A DNA stretch of 64,000 nt from Pristiophorus japonicus (taxonomy: Eukaryota). Of the stretch, positions 12,091 to 23,862 are shown piece after piece. The stretch is taken from positions 16,120,001 to 16,184,000 of the forward strand of contig NC_091999.1 in assembly GCF_044704955.1 (NCBI RefSeq), read 5' to 3'. Each line of letters opens with the position of its first letter. Positions within the stretch are counted from its first letter, which is position 1. A program made the translations under genes and the position numbers. The notes beneath the pieces were generated by a model. It was not told the origin of the DNA and searched no databases. It was given only the letters and a program-made list of their open reading frames with translations.

Positions 12091-12912
12091 TGGGAGGGGG
12101 CGAGCCCGAGTTGGGGTAGGGGGAGAGACGGGCCTGGGGGAGCCGTAGTTGGTGGAGAGGGGAAGGGAGAAAGAACGAGTTGGGGGAGAGGGGTGGAGAG
12201 GGAGAGCCTGAGTTGGGGGAGGGGGGATGGGGAGAGCACAAGTTGGGGGAGAGGGGGAGGGGAAGAGCACGAGTTGGGGTAGAGGGTTAGAGCCCGATTG
12301 AGGGGGAGGGGGGATCCCGGGTTGCGGGGGAGGGGGATGAGGAAAGCTCGTGTTGGGGGAGAGAGGGAGGGGGAGCCCGAGTTTGGGGAGAGGGGGAGGG
12401 GGAGCCCGAGTTGAGGGAGAGGTGGAGGGGGAGAGCCCGAGTTGGGGGAGAGAGGGAGGGGGAGAGCCCGTGTTGGGGGAGAGGGTGAGGGAGGGGGAGA
12501 GCCCGAGTTGGGGGAGTGGGGGAGGGGGGAGCCCAAGTTATTTGGGGAGAGGGGGAAGGGGAGGAGCCTGAGTTGTGGGGAGGAGAGGAGCCCGAGTTGG
12601 GGGGTGGGGAGGAACCCCAGTTGGGGGAGGTGAGAAGCCCCAGTTGTGGGGGAGAGGAGTAGCCTGAGTTGCGGGGGGGGGGGGTGTGGTGATAGCTCGA
12701 GTCGGGGGGGAGGGGAGGATGTAGGAGCCCGAGTCGGTAGGAGATGGGAGAGTGAAGGAGCCCAAGTTGGGAGGGGAGGGAGCCCGAGCCAGAGTGTGGT
12801 GGGTGGGAGGGGAGGGAGCCCGAGTTGTGGGGGGAGGGTAGGGAGCCCGAGTTGAGCTGGGAGAGAGCCCGAGTTGGGGAGAGGAGGGGTGGGAGCCCGA
12901 GTTGGGGGAGGG
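12091..12912 (+). repeat. G-rich degenerate tandem repeat (ggagcccgagttgggggagagggaggg)
   Basis: Roughly 30 units of 25-30 bp with an extreme G strand bias. Confidence 0.9.
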
Positions 12913-12913
12913 G

Positions 12914-13127
12914 TGTGTTCTGTATCTGTAAAGCATGCACTCCCATGTTCTGCCAACAGGTATCACATCCCCTGAAGTCCCAAGGGATCCCAGCATCCCT
13001 TGGGAGCACTGTATATAAGCCGGCCCCTAAGGCATGTTCCTCATTCTGGAGTGCCTTAATAAAGACTGAGGTCACTGTTACTTTAACCTCCCTGTTTGCA
13101 GTCTCATCTCTGTTAGGAACACAATAA
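12914..13127 (+). mobile_element. 5' LTR of a Ty3/gypsy retrotransposon
   Basis: Begins TG; TATATAA near 13012; AATAAA near 13058; followed by TGGCG (degenerate PBS) and gag. Confidence 0.7.
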
Positions 13128-15415
13128 CTGGCGTAGACTATGCAAATCCAATGGAAAGATGCAGCAAACTGTGGGCGTCCTGGAGAAGGTCTTGGAGGAT
13201 GGGGACTAGGAAGCCTATGTCGAACGGCTAAACCAGTACTTTGTAGCCAATGAGCTGGATGGAGAAGGAGGTGCTGCGAAAAGGAGAGCAGTCCTCCTCA
13301 CGGTTTGCGGGGCACCGACCTACAGCCTCATGAAGAATCTTCTGGCTTCAGTGAAACTCACAGATAAGTCGTATGAGGAGCTGTGTGCACTGGTTCGGGA
13401 GCATCTTAACCCGAGGGAGAGCGTGCTGATGGCGTGGTATCGGTTCTACATGTGCCAGCGATCTGAAGGTCAGGAAGTGGCGAGCTACATCGCCGAGCTA
13501 AGGCGACCTGCAGGACAATGTGAATATGATGGCTACCTGGAGCAGCTGCTCGGAGACTTTTTTGTACTGGGCATTGGCCACGAGACCATCTGACGAAAAC
13601 TTTTGACTGAAGAGACACCGACCCTCAGTCAGTCCATTGAAATAGCATAGGCGTTTATGTCCGTCAGTGATAACACCAAACAAATCTCTCAGCACACAAG
13701 TGCTTGCAATGTTCACAAATTAATTGGAACTGTGTTTGTGAGCAGAAATGTACAGGGCAGAAACCACGAGTTTGCAACAGCCAGAAGGCCTCAGGTGACC
13801 AGATGACTCAGAGTCCGCAACAAAGGATGAATGCAAGGTAATTCACACCTTGTTGGCGTTGTGCAGGCTTCCATTCAGCCTATTCATGCCGCTCCAAAGG
13901 GTATGTTTGCAACAGCTGTGGAACAATGGGGTTCCTCCAACGAGCTTGCAACCTGCTGACCACCACGTGGCAGAGGAAGATCGGTCCATGGTGGATAAAA
14001 GCAATTTCGAGCCTCAGAGAGAGGAGGCAGATGCTGAAGTAGACGGGCTGTACACATTTTCGACAAAATGTCCACCTATAATGCTAAATGTTAAATTGAA
14101 TGGCTTACCCGTAGCCATGGAACTGGACACTAGCGCTTGCCAATCCATCATGGGTAAAAAGATGTTTGAGAGACTGTGGTGCAACAAGACTCTCATACCA
14201 GCCCTGAGCCCCATGCACACGAAACTGAGAACGTACACCAAAGAGCTCATCACTGTTCTGCGCAGCGCCATGGTCAAGGTCACCTACGAGGGCACGGTGC
14301 ATGAACTGCCACTCTGGATTGTCCCGGGCGATGGCCACACACTGCTTGGAAGGAGTTGGCTGGGCAAAATCCGCTGGAACTGGGATGACATCCGAGCGCT
14401 ATCACATGTCGATGAGGCCTCATGTACCCAGGTTCTTAAAAATATCCTTCCCTTTTTGAGCCAGGCATTAGACATTTTTACCGGGGCGAAGGTGCTCATC
14501 CACTTGGTCCCAGAGGTACGGCCCATTCACCACAAGGTGCGAGCGGTACCTCACATGATGAGGGAGAGAGTGGAAATCGAGTTGGACAGGCTGCAACGCG
14601 AGGACATCATCTCCCCAGTGGAATTCAGTAAGTGGGCCAGCCCGATTGTTCCTAAGTGATGGCACAGTCAGGATTTGCGGCGATTATAAAGTAACTATTA
14701 ATTATTTCTCGCTACAGGACCAATACCCACTACCTAAGGCAGACTACGTATTTGAGATGCTGACAGGAGGCAAGACGTTCACCAAGCTCGACTAAACTTC
14801 GGCCTACATGACGCAGGAGCTGGAGGAGACTTCGAAGGGCCTCACCTGCATCAACACGCACAAGGGACTGTTCATCTCCAACAGATGCCCGTTTGGATTT
14901 CGGTTGGCTGCAGCGATCTTCCAGAGAAACATGGAGAGCCTACTCAAGTCGGTACCATGCACAGTGGTCTTTCAGGACGACATATTGGTCATGGGTCGGG
15001 ACACTGTGGAGCACCTACAAACCTAGAGGGGGTCCTCCAGCGAATGGATCGCGTAGGGCTGCGGCTGAAGAGGTCGAAATACGTTTTCATGGCAATCGAA
15101 GTGGAGTTTTTGGGGAGAAAGATTGCGGCGGACGGCATTCGGCCCACATACGCCAAGACAGAGCCTATCAGGAACGCGCCCAGGCCACAGAACATCATGG
15201 AGCTGCGGTCGTTCCTGGGACTTCTCAACTATTTTGGCAAATTTCTACCGGGGTTAAGCACCCTCTTAGAGCCCTTACATGTGTTATTGCGTAAAGGTGA
15301 GAACTGGGTATGGGGGAAAAAAACAAGTAATTGCTTTTGAGAAAGCTAGAAACATTTTATGCTCCAACAAGCTGCTTGTATTGTATAAGCTGTGTAAAAG
15401 ACTTGTGCGAGCATG
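13128..15415 (+). mobile_element. Ty3/gypsy gag-pol, degraded and 3'-truncated by the ERV
   Basis: Gag W.AYVERLNQYF..N; Zn knuckles CWRCAGFH..C and CNSCG near 13850; protease MELDTSA; RT WASPIV, PFG..A.AIFQ and FQDD; LRSFLGLLNYF; ends at the start of RNase H. Confidence 0.92.
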
Positions 15416-15943
15416 TGTTTTGGATCGATAATAATAGATCCAGATTCGGGATCTGGATGAATGTTAAATAAGAGACAAGACAAATAAAGTAAAGATAAAA
15501 CACCATTTACTGAGAGAAAGGAAACATCATACAGTTTACGAAGAAAAGGGAAGTATGATAAGATGCAACAAAGCTCACAGCCTTCGACCCGTCGGGAACT
15601 CCGCAACGACGGCTGGTCTGGAGCCTTAGGGGTCCTGGCACCACTCGCGAATCACGGTCTAAGGTGAAATTCAAAGAGCTACTGGACAGTTCCGTTCCTT
15701 TATACTGTTGAATAAACATAGGTGCATGTGGCGTATGGACAACTCCTAATCTGTAAGGCCCCAGATGGTCTTCCACAAAGCATGAGGCCTCGAGGCGCTG
15801 ATCGTCCCACAAACAAGATGGTGTGCGCATCAAGGTCTCTCTCTCTCTGGATCAACAACATTCCACGAGGCATGAAGCAGAATACACACTGTAAGTGTCG
15901 GAATATCATAATTAACCCTATGTGATTAACCCTATACAATACA
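15416..15943 (-). mobile_element. ERV 3' LTR
   Basis: Direct repeat of 21245-21779; TG...CA ends on the minus strand. Confidence 0.9.
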
Positions 15944-16040
15944 ATCCAATCTTGATATTTAGACATTCTAAGTAATATAATCGAGTTGAAAGCGTAATGC
16001 ATCAGTTACATATTGTGTATGTGCGAACAACGCCCACAAT

Positions 16041-16467
16041 CTACATCAAAGAATACATAAATATCAGTAATAACGCGATGAGTAAAACAACGATAGGATG
16101 TAGTAACAGCTTCAAAGCGGCAGATGTCTTTGGGAACCATTCGTAAAAGATGTCCCACCAATGGTGTACAGTAAGGTCATTGACCGTTGTCGCAACTCTG
16201 ACCAAGGCGCCTTCACTGTAACTCATAGCAACTTGCAGAGTATGAAGAGTACGCCCTCGATTGCTCAATTCGTCAGTGACCTTTTGATTATCTTTTAGAA
16301 ATTGAGCTTAACGAGTTAGGTCTACAGTGTGGAGGAAGGTTAGTAATTGTCTTGCATACGATCAGTGTTAGCTATCCGCCACCCCATGCTGTGTTTGAGG
16401 ATGGAAGTAGCACAGTCACAGATAACGAGACACAGAGGCTGGCCAGCACGAGTTGGTAAGTCGCCAT
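16041..16467 (-). pseudogene. env: env remnant (signal peptide plus TM C-terminus only)
   Basis: Acceptor ctcccacag at 16482; ATG at 16467 gives MATYQLVLASLCVSLSVTVLL; later HHWWDIFYEWFPKTSAALKLLLHPIVVLLIALLLIF. Confidence 0.7.
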
Positions 16468-16509
16468 TTTGGGCTGAATTCCTGTGGGAGGAATCATAAT
16501 TATATTAAT

Positions 16510-19500
16510 TCAGCCCCGTTTAGTCAATTTACCCTTGTCAACAGAGGGAGGAACATTTTGACCGGTCAGGAGCACCCAATAAGTGTTTTGTTCTCCTTTC
16601 ACTAACTTTCCCCCTGCTTGCAAGCGTTTCTGGGGGTACTGCACCCACACTTTTCCTCCTTCACAAACTGTGTCCTGAGTCTGATTTTCTTTTTCAATAG
16701 TTGGGACACTAACTTTGCCTAACATGTGGCTTGTGGGAGTTTCCCCCCCACAATGGTCGGTGATTCAGATTGCGCACTGCTTGTGGGAAAATCTTTAACC
16801 ACCCTTGCAATGTGTTAGTGGGAGTTAATATTTTAATCTGTTGTTTAAGTAATCCATTCATGCGTTCCATTAAACCTGCAGCTTGCGGATAGTAAGGTAT
16901 GTGAAACATCCAATAGATCTCGTTATCTACCGCCCACTGTTGCACTGTTTGACCTGTGAAGTGCGACCCATTATCGGACTGCACTTCTGCTGGTTCACCG
17001 TAGTATGTGATTAAATTCTCCAGTCCTTTAATCGTACTTGGTTGATTCGCTTTAGTCACTGGATAAGCGATCAAAAGTATAGAATAGGTATCAACAACAG
17101 TGAGCAAATATTGGAACTGTTGTTGCAATGGTAAACGTCCTACATCATCAACTTGCCATGTTTCTGCTGGTTGAGTCCCTCTCTTAATTGTCGTTGTAGG
17201 GGGAAATGCTTCACCTTTTGACAAATTTCACAGGTGTTTATGATCTGATTAACACCGTCCGTAGTCAAATGTAACCCCCCATTTCGTGCCCACTGTATCG
17301 TACCCTGAATGCCCAAATGTCCAGATTTGTGGTGGGCCCACTTGCCTATGCCATATTCTTCCTCTTCCGCCTCTTTGACAGCCCATACCCGGGCTATATT
17401 ATCAACTGTGTTATTATATTCAGAGGTCTTTGAAGTGTTTTTCATGTGAGTGTCCACATGATATACAGTTATTTTCATCTTCTGGGCTTTGGAACATATT
17501 TGTTCCCATAGGTACTTTCCCCACAAGTCTTTCCCAGTTATTTGCCAGTTATGTTCATGCCAGTTTCGCATTCAGCCCGCCATGCCATTGGCTACTGCCC
17601 ATGAGTCAGTATATATGTGTATTTGTTGCTGTTCCTCTTCTAGCGCAGGGACTACAGCTGCTAGTTCTGCTAGCTGGCTGGAGCCTCCCACGCCCTCATC
17701 ATGCACAATTGTCTGGTTTTTTGGATTGAAGGCAGCGGCTCGCCATCACTGAAGGCCATTTCGCCAGACCGCTGAGCCACCTGTGAACCAGGCATGGCTA
17801 CGTTCTTCGGGTGTTAACTGTTCAAAAGACACATCCCAGGAGATCGGTGACTCTTTGGTTAAACTGACAGACGACTGCGTAAGTTCACTCTCAGTTGTTT
17901 GTGGGTATCCAGCCACATGCTCATGTAGTCGGGTGATTCCTTCTTTCCCTTTACTTGCTCTGTCTGCGATATACCATTTCGAGCGCACTATGCACTCGCC
18001 CGACCTTGTGTGTCTCATTTTCTGAGAGAACCCAGGATAATATGGGTAGGTCTTGTCTTAAACTGACTTTGTCGTCCCCTGTCTGTCCTTCTGTTTCTGT
18101 TAGGGCCCAATAACATGCTAATAATTGTTTCTCAAATGGAGTGTAACGAGCAGCAGCATCTGTCAATGTTCTAGACCATAACCCTAACGATATACGAGTG
18201 CCATGTTGAGCCTGCCACAAACTTCATACTGCAGTATCATTGATAACGGATACCTGGAGCTCAAAAGGCTGTCCAGGCACTCGTGGGGCTAGGGGTAAAG
18301 CTTGAGCTACGGCTTCTTTGGCTGCATCAAAAGCCACCTGTTGTTCCTTTCCCCACTCGAAGTGGGCCTTTTTTCGAGTTGCGGCATACAACGATTTTAA
18401 TAGCAACGTGAGTTGAGGTATGTGTCTCCTCCAGTAACCCAATAGTCCCACGAACCGTTGTGTCTCAGTTTTATTCGTGGAGGTGGCCATTTCTTTAATT
18501 TTATTCCTCACAGGCTCGGGTATGATGCGCTCACCGCGAGACCATTGGATCCCCAGAAACTGGACAAACTGGCTAGGGCCCTGCACCTTCTTCGGATTTA
18601 TCTCCAAGCCCAGATCTCGCATGTGTTGGACTAAAGTAGCTAGGGCTTCTGACACCACAGCCTCGGTGGGACCCCTTATTCGTACATCATCGATATAGTG
18701 TGCCAGTGAGATATTAGGAGCCAACGTGCACATGTCCAGGTCCCGGGCCACCAATCCATGGCATAGGGTAGGGCTATGTAGGTAACCTTGAGGTAGGCGT
18801 TTAAACGTGTATTGCCTCCCTTCCCAAGTGAGTGCAAACTGGTGCTGTGATTCTTCCGCTATTAGAATGGCGAAACTGGCATTGGCCAGGTCGGTTACCG
18901 CATACCACTCCGCACCTTCTTCAGACAGCCGCTCTGTTATAGTTACTACATTGGGACAGCGGTTGCCAGGAGAGGGGCACATTTGTTCAGTTGTCGGTAA
19001 TCCACAGTCATCCTCCAACTTTTGTCGGGTTTCTGCACACGCCAAACAGGGCTTTTGTAGGGGACACCACATGTCTAATGATTCCCGCCTCCAAGAGACC
19101 TTGTATGGTTTCCCCTATTTCTTTGTGTCCCCCAGGTATTTGGTACTGTTTCATAGTCACTATACGCAATGGCCGTGGTATTACCACTGGTTCCCACTTT
19201 GCTTCCTCTGCAATCTCAATGATCGCCCATATCCCGAATGAGAATCGCCCGAACGAGATGTTGTGTGTGGTTCCCTTTAAAAGGTCCATCCCAATAATAT
19301 GTTCCTTTACTGCCGATATTAAGACCGTTACGCAGCGCGGAGGCCCATTTCCCAACGCCATTCTGATAGTTGTTCGGACAGCGGGCGTTTCTGCCCCCCA
19401 CCCCCGAACCCATTAATCATCATACAGGTCCCTGTGTGTTTCCTAGGGTTTCCATGGATAATAGTAACTTCTGCCCCTGTGTCTAGTAAAGCAACATCTC

Positions 19501-19520
19501 TTTGTATGTTCGCCCCCACC
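16510..19520 (-). pseudogene. pol: ERV pro-pol (protease, RT, RNase H, integrase)
   Basis: LLDTGAEVTII; DLANA, LPQGYLHSP and HYIDD; WFTGGSA; WAHHKSGH..CEIC; WQVD, VDTYS, SDNGSHF and ERMNGLLK; many frameshifts. Confidence 0.93.
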
Positions 19521-19633
19521 CCGCCAATGTATCGTAATCGGAATGTGTGGCCTCAGATCCCGGGAGCTTGGGTTGATGTGGTTCTAATGGGGAGTACTCC
19601 CGGATCCCGGCCACACCCCAGTCGAGGGGATTA

Positions 19634-21233
19634 CTAGCCTTCCACAGCTCTTCGACGCTGGGATATAGGCTAGTGGGAGATGGTTTCTCCGCATCCGCAG
19701 ACTTGACGTTATCCGACTAAGTCTCCCTTACCTCCCTCCTTTTACCCTTCCCTGTTCCCGGGACGCAGTGTTGCTTCCACATAGAATACATTGCTCCTGT
19801 TGGGATTGCATCAATTTTTTTTCCTTGGGGACCCCTGCTTTCAATAAAGCCGCGTACATGTCCCTCTGCGCAATTCTTTTTTTTTGTCTTTCCTGACCCT
19901 ATATCTTTCCCAGAGGTCGAACCTTGTCGCTGGTCCCGATCCCCCTCTACATTAGCCGTTCTCGACTCTCGCACACTATCTTCTACATCGTCTAACTGTC
20001 CTAACAACAGGAGAGCGTCCCCTACCCGCTGCTCTTGGGCTGGTCCCAATAATGCACGTAGCGCACCCCTCATCATAGGAGGGCCACTCTTCATCAGCCT
20101 GCTCTGCATTCCTGCCGTAAAGAGCTCCTGATCTGGCCCCCCATATTGTTGGTGATATATTCCTCCCTGTGTTTCCATGTTGTGCAATTGTATCGCACCC
20201 TCCACCACAGTACTCCAAGGTTTTAACTCCCCTTTCCAATCAACGGCAGAGGGATATTTTTCCTGGACCCCTATAGTAACCATGTCCCATAGCGAACTTG
20301 TGCCCTGGACATTTCGTAGCACTGCTGTGATATGGTGGTCCGTAATCATAGTCCTCATTTTTATTAACTCTTCAGGGTTAAGTATTACGCCTGATGCTCC
20401 CTGATCCCAAATCCGGGTTAGCCATTCTGACAATGATTCCTCGGGTTTTTTGCGAAATCGAGACCCTATTTCTTGTAACTCACAAGTGGTGAAGTCACGC
20501 ACCCCTCTAGTGGTTACTGGCTGTTCCCCATCTTGCTGTTTCACCTTATTTGTCATAAGGGGTCTAGCTTTCTTGCTCGGAGCGTATGGGGGAGGGTTTT
20601 TAGTTTCCTCCCGTTCCCCCCTCTCCATCTGACCATTCATATTCTGAGTCAGAGGAGTACCAGATGTCTCCTTCCCAATGAGCCGGATCCCAAGTGGGTC
20701 CAGCTACCAATGCACGTACCTTTGACCGATCTATCTGTAATTTCCGTCGTCTGGATTTTTAATAATGTTGTACTGTCACCAGATGGCATATTAAAGTTTC
20801 TGATTGTTCATTGAGCTTGTCCACCCGTTATTGTGCAGTGTGGACCGCTTCAGTCAGAGTCGAGTTTTGACTTTCGAAAAACCTTAACAGCTGTTTTTAA
20901 CTCTAGGTTTTCTGCCTCACTTTCCTTAAGTTGTTTACACATCGTCTTTAATGCTGTCAACAAAATTCATCCCATTTGTGAGGGATTACTTTTCTCCTGT
21001 GGGAAGCCCGCTTCCTCCAGGAGAGACAGTACCGCGTGGGGTACGGGTCTATCTTTGCTCTGTTCCAATAACTGCATATCCCAATGTTGTGGGGATGCAA
21101 ACTGGGCTAGCACATTGGCAAGAGAGCCAAAACCCTCATCCCTTGTGCTCTACCCTGGTATTCTATACTTCTCTCCCGCAGGAGGAGACTGCTCCTTGTC
21201 TTTTCTCTTAAACATTTTACCAGATCCTGTTCG
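19634..21233 (-). pseudogene. gag: ERV gag (ERV-L/S, Fv1-related type)
   Basis: ORF 19717-20640 contains the PPPY late motif and FRKKPEESLSEWLTRIWDQGASGVILNPEE. Confidence 0.8.
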
Positions 21234-21241
21234 TGATGCCA
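21224..21241 (-). promoter_or_regulatory. Primer-binding site, tRNA-Ser
   Basis: TGGCATCACGAACAGGAT lies 3 nt inside the 5' LTR; one mismatch from the complement of the vertebrate tRNA-Ser(CGA) 3' end ATCCTGTTCGTGACGCCA (recalled). Confidence 0.75.
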
Positions 21242-21244
21242 ACA

Positions 21245-21779
21245 TTTTTTGGATCGATAATAATAGACCCAGGTTCGGGATCTGGATGAATGTTAAATAA
21301 GAGACAAGACAAATGAAGTAAAGATAAAACACCGTTTACTGAGGGAAAAGAAACATAATACAGTTTATGAAGAAAAGAGAAGTATGATAAGATGCAACAA
21401 AGCTCAAAGCCTTCGGCCCGTCGGGAACTCCGCAACGATGGCTAGTCTGGAGCCTTGGGGGTCCCGGCACCGCTCGCGAATCATGGTCCAAGGTGAAGTT
21501 AAAAGAGCTACTGGACAGTTCCATTCCTTTATACTATTGAACAAACATGGGTGCATATGGCTTATGGCCAACTCCTAATCAGTAAGGCCCCAGCTGTTCT
21601 TTCACAAAGCATGAGACCTCGAGGCGCCGACTGTCCCATAAACAAGATGGTGTGCGCATCAAGGTCCCTCTCTCTCTCTCTCTCTGCATCAACAACATTC
21701 CACGAGGCATGAAGCAGAAACACACTGTAAATGTCGAAATATCATAATTAACCCTATGTGATTAACCCTATACAATACA
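21245..21779 (-). mobile_element. ERV 5' LTR
   Basis: Repeat of 15416-15943; TATAAAA near 21530 and AGTAAA near 21337 on the minus strand. Confidence 0.9.
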
Positions 21780-21784
21780 GCAAG

Positions 21785-22010
21785 CCGCACCCCTTGCACA
21801 CGCCGATTGGTTGGAAGACTAACCGCCCACCCAGACCACCAGCTCCACAACTGCTCTCCCTATTGGTCGGGAGCTGCCGTCAATCAGCCAGGCAGTGTGA
21901 ACTGAGCATGCGCGGTGGGTGAGACAGGGGGTCAGAGATGGGTGGAGGGAGGGAGCGATTTAATAAAGGACGTGCTTATTTGTACTGCAAAAATGGCCGC
22001 CATGCTCCAA
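21785..22010 (+). promoter_or_regulatory. Promoter-like element paralogous to 5085-5180
   Basis: attggttggaagac...attggtcgggagctgccgtcaatca with the same spacing as the 5.1 kb copy; GCATGCGC; YY1-like aaaatggccgccat. Confidence 0.5.
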
Positions 22011-22184
22011 CCTTTTTCCATGATTGGATCCTTTGGAGGATAAGCCACAGCCTGAGGTTTCACTCGAATGTATAACTGAAACCACCCATCCCAACGTCTC
22101 ACTGACTTTGCAAATTGTAACTTGATCCACTTTGACTTCCTGAAACAACAGAGGCAGAACTCCCAGAAGACAGCGACTGGAAGC

Positions 22185-22990
22185 CAAAGTGCCTTGCTCC
22201 AGTCGCAGTGCATCCCTCCCCAGCGGAAGTGCCTTACTCCAGTCCTAGTAAATGCCTCCCCAGCCAAAGTGCCTTAACCCGATCCAGTGCATGCATCCCA
22301 GTGCCAAAGTGCCTTACCACAGACCCAGTGCATGCCTCCCCCAGCAAAAGTGCCTTACCCCAGTCCCAGTATATGCCTCCCAGAGGCGAAGTGCCTTACC
22401 CCAGTATATGCCTCCCCCAGCCAAAGTGCCTTACCCCAGTCGCAGTACACGCCTCCCCCAGCCAACGTGCCTTACCCCAGTCCCAGTGGAAGTCTCCTCC
22501 AGCCGAAGTGCCTTACCCCACTCTGAGTGCATGCCTCCACCAGACGAAGTGACTTATCCCAGTCCCAGTGCAGGCTTCCCCCAGCTGGAGTGCTTTATAC
22601 CAGTCCCAGTGCATGCCTCCCCCAGCCGAAGTGCCTTACCCCAGTCCCAGTATATGCATCCCCCAGCCAAAGTGCCTTACCCCAATCCCAGTGCATGCAT
22701 CTCCCAGCCGAAGTGCCTTACCTCATTCCAAGTGCATGCCCCCACCCCAGCTAAAGTGCCTTACCCCAGTCCCAGTGCATGCCTCCCCCAGCCCAAGTCC
22801 CTTACCCCAGTCCCAGTGCACGCCTCCCCCAGCTGAAGTGCCTTAGCCAGTCCAAGTGTATGCCTCCCCCAGCCGAAGTGCCTTACCCTAGTTCCAGTGC
22901 AAGCCTCCCCCATCCAAAGTGCATTACTGCAGTCCGACTGCCTTACCCCAGTCCCAGTGCACGCCTCCCCCAGCCCAAGTGCCTTAACCG
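22185..22990. repeat. 41-bp tandem repeat (ccgaagtgccttaccccagtcccagtgcatgcctcccccag)
   Basis: About 19 units. Confidence 0.92.
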
Positions 22991-23029
22991 AGTTTTATTT
23001 CTCTGCACCACATGCATGGAATGATTCGT

Positions 23030-23340
23030 GCCCGGATGGGGCGGGGCTTGTCGCCTGTCAGTCACAAAGTGCAGAATCAATCGATTCCTGCGTTAATAAA
23101 CCCCAGGCGGGACACGCAGCCCGAGTGCGAGCCCAGGCCCGAGAGGCAACACACCGCACCATCTGCTTTACACACACCCGGGCTCGTCCCCAAGAACCGA
23201 ATCACAGCCCGGTTCCAGGCCCAGTCAGTGAGCTTCCCAGGGGAGCGGGCTCAGTGGCCGCCATCTTGGTCAGGGCGGGTACGGCGGTGTTTGCGCGGCC
23301 CTTTGGGCAGGGATAATGGATGGGCGGGGCTTCAGCGTGT
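23030..23340. promoter_or_regulatory. CpG-rich promoter-like segment
   Basis: GGGGCGGGGC near 23037, GGGCGGGGC near 23322 and YY1-type GCCGCCATCTTG near 23257. Confidence 0.45.
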
Positions 23341-23427
23341 CTGACAGTTAGATTGGACACATGTTTGTGCCCAGGTCAGTGGCCCCTGACAGGGAGCCTT
23401 GTTGTGCTGAATGTTGTCTGGTGACCC

Positions 23428-23862
23428 TGGGCCAGCCCGGCTCATCCTATTGGGCCAGCCCGGGCTCGCCCTATTGGGCCAGCCTGAGCTCACCATATTG
23501 GGCCAGCACTGGCTCATCCTATTGGGCCAGCATGGGCTCACCCGATTGGGCCTGCCTGGGCTCATCCTATTGGGCTAGCACAGGCACACCCTATTGGGCC
23601 AGCCTGGGCTCACCCGATTGAGCCAGCCTGGGCTCGCCCTATTGGATCAACCCGGCTCACCCTATTGGGCCAGCATGGGCTCACCCTATTGGGCCAGCAT
23701 GGGCTCACGCTATTGGGCTAGCCCGGGCTCACACTATTATGCCAGCTCGGGCTCACCCTATTGGGCCAGCATGGGCTCACCCTATTGGGCCAGCCTGGCT
23801 CATCCTATTGGGCCAGCACAGGCTCACCCTATTGCGCCAGCACAGGCTCACCCTATTGGGGG
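23428..23862. repeat. 24-bp tandem repeat (gggctcaccctattgggccagcat)
   Basis: About 18 units, most containing ATTGG. Confidence 0.92.

Larger units (their letters stand above)
15416..21779 (-). mobile_element. Class III (ERV-S/ERV-L-like) endogenous retrovirus, two-LTR provirus, defective
   Basis: Order LTR-PBS-gag-pro-RT-RNaseH-IN-env remnant-LTR on the minus strand; motifs listed in the sub-features. Confidence 0.9.

Noticed and set aside
11808-13075. Long Pro-rich ORFs (382 aa, 262 aa)
   Set aside because: They are translations of G/C-rich tandem repeats
15411-15415. gcatg/gcaag as the ERV target-site duplication
   Set aside because: Only a 4/5 match, and the flanking host sequences are unrelated, so it was not accepted
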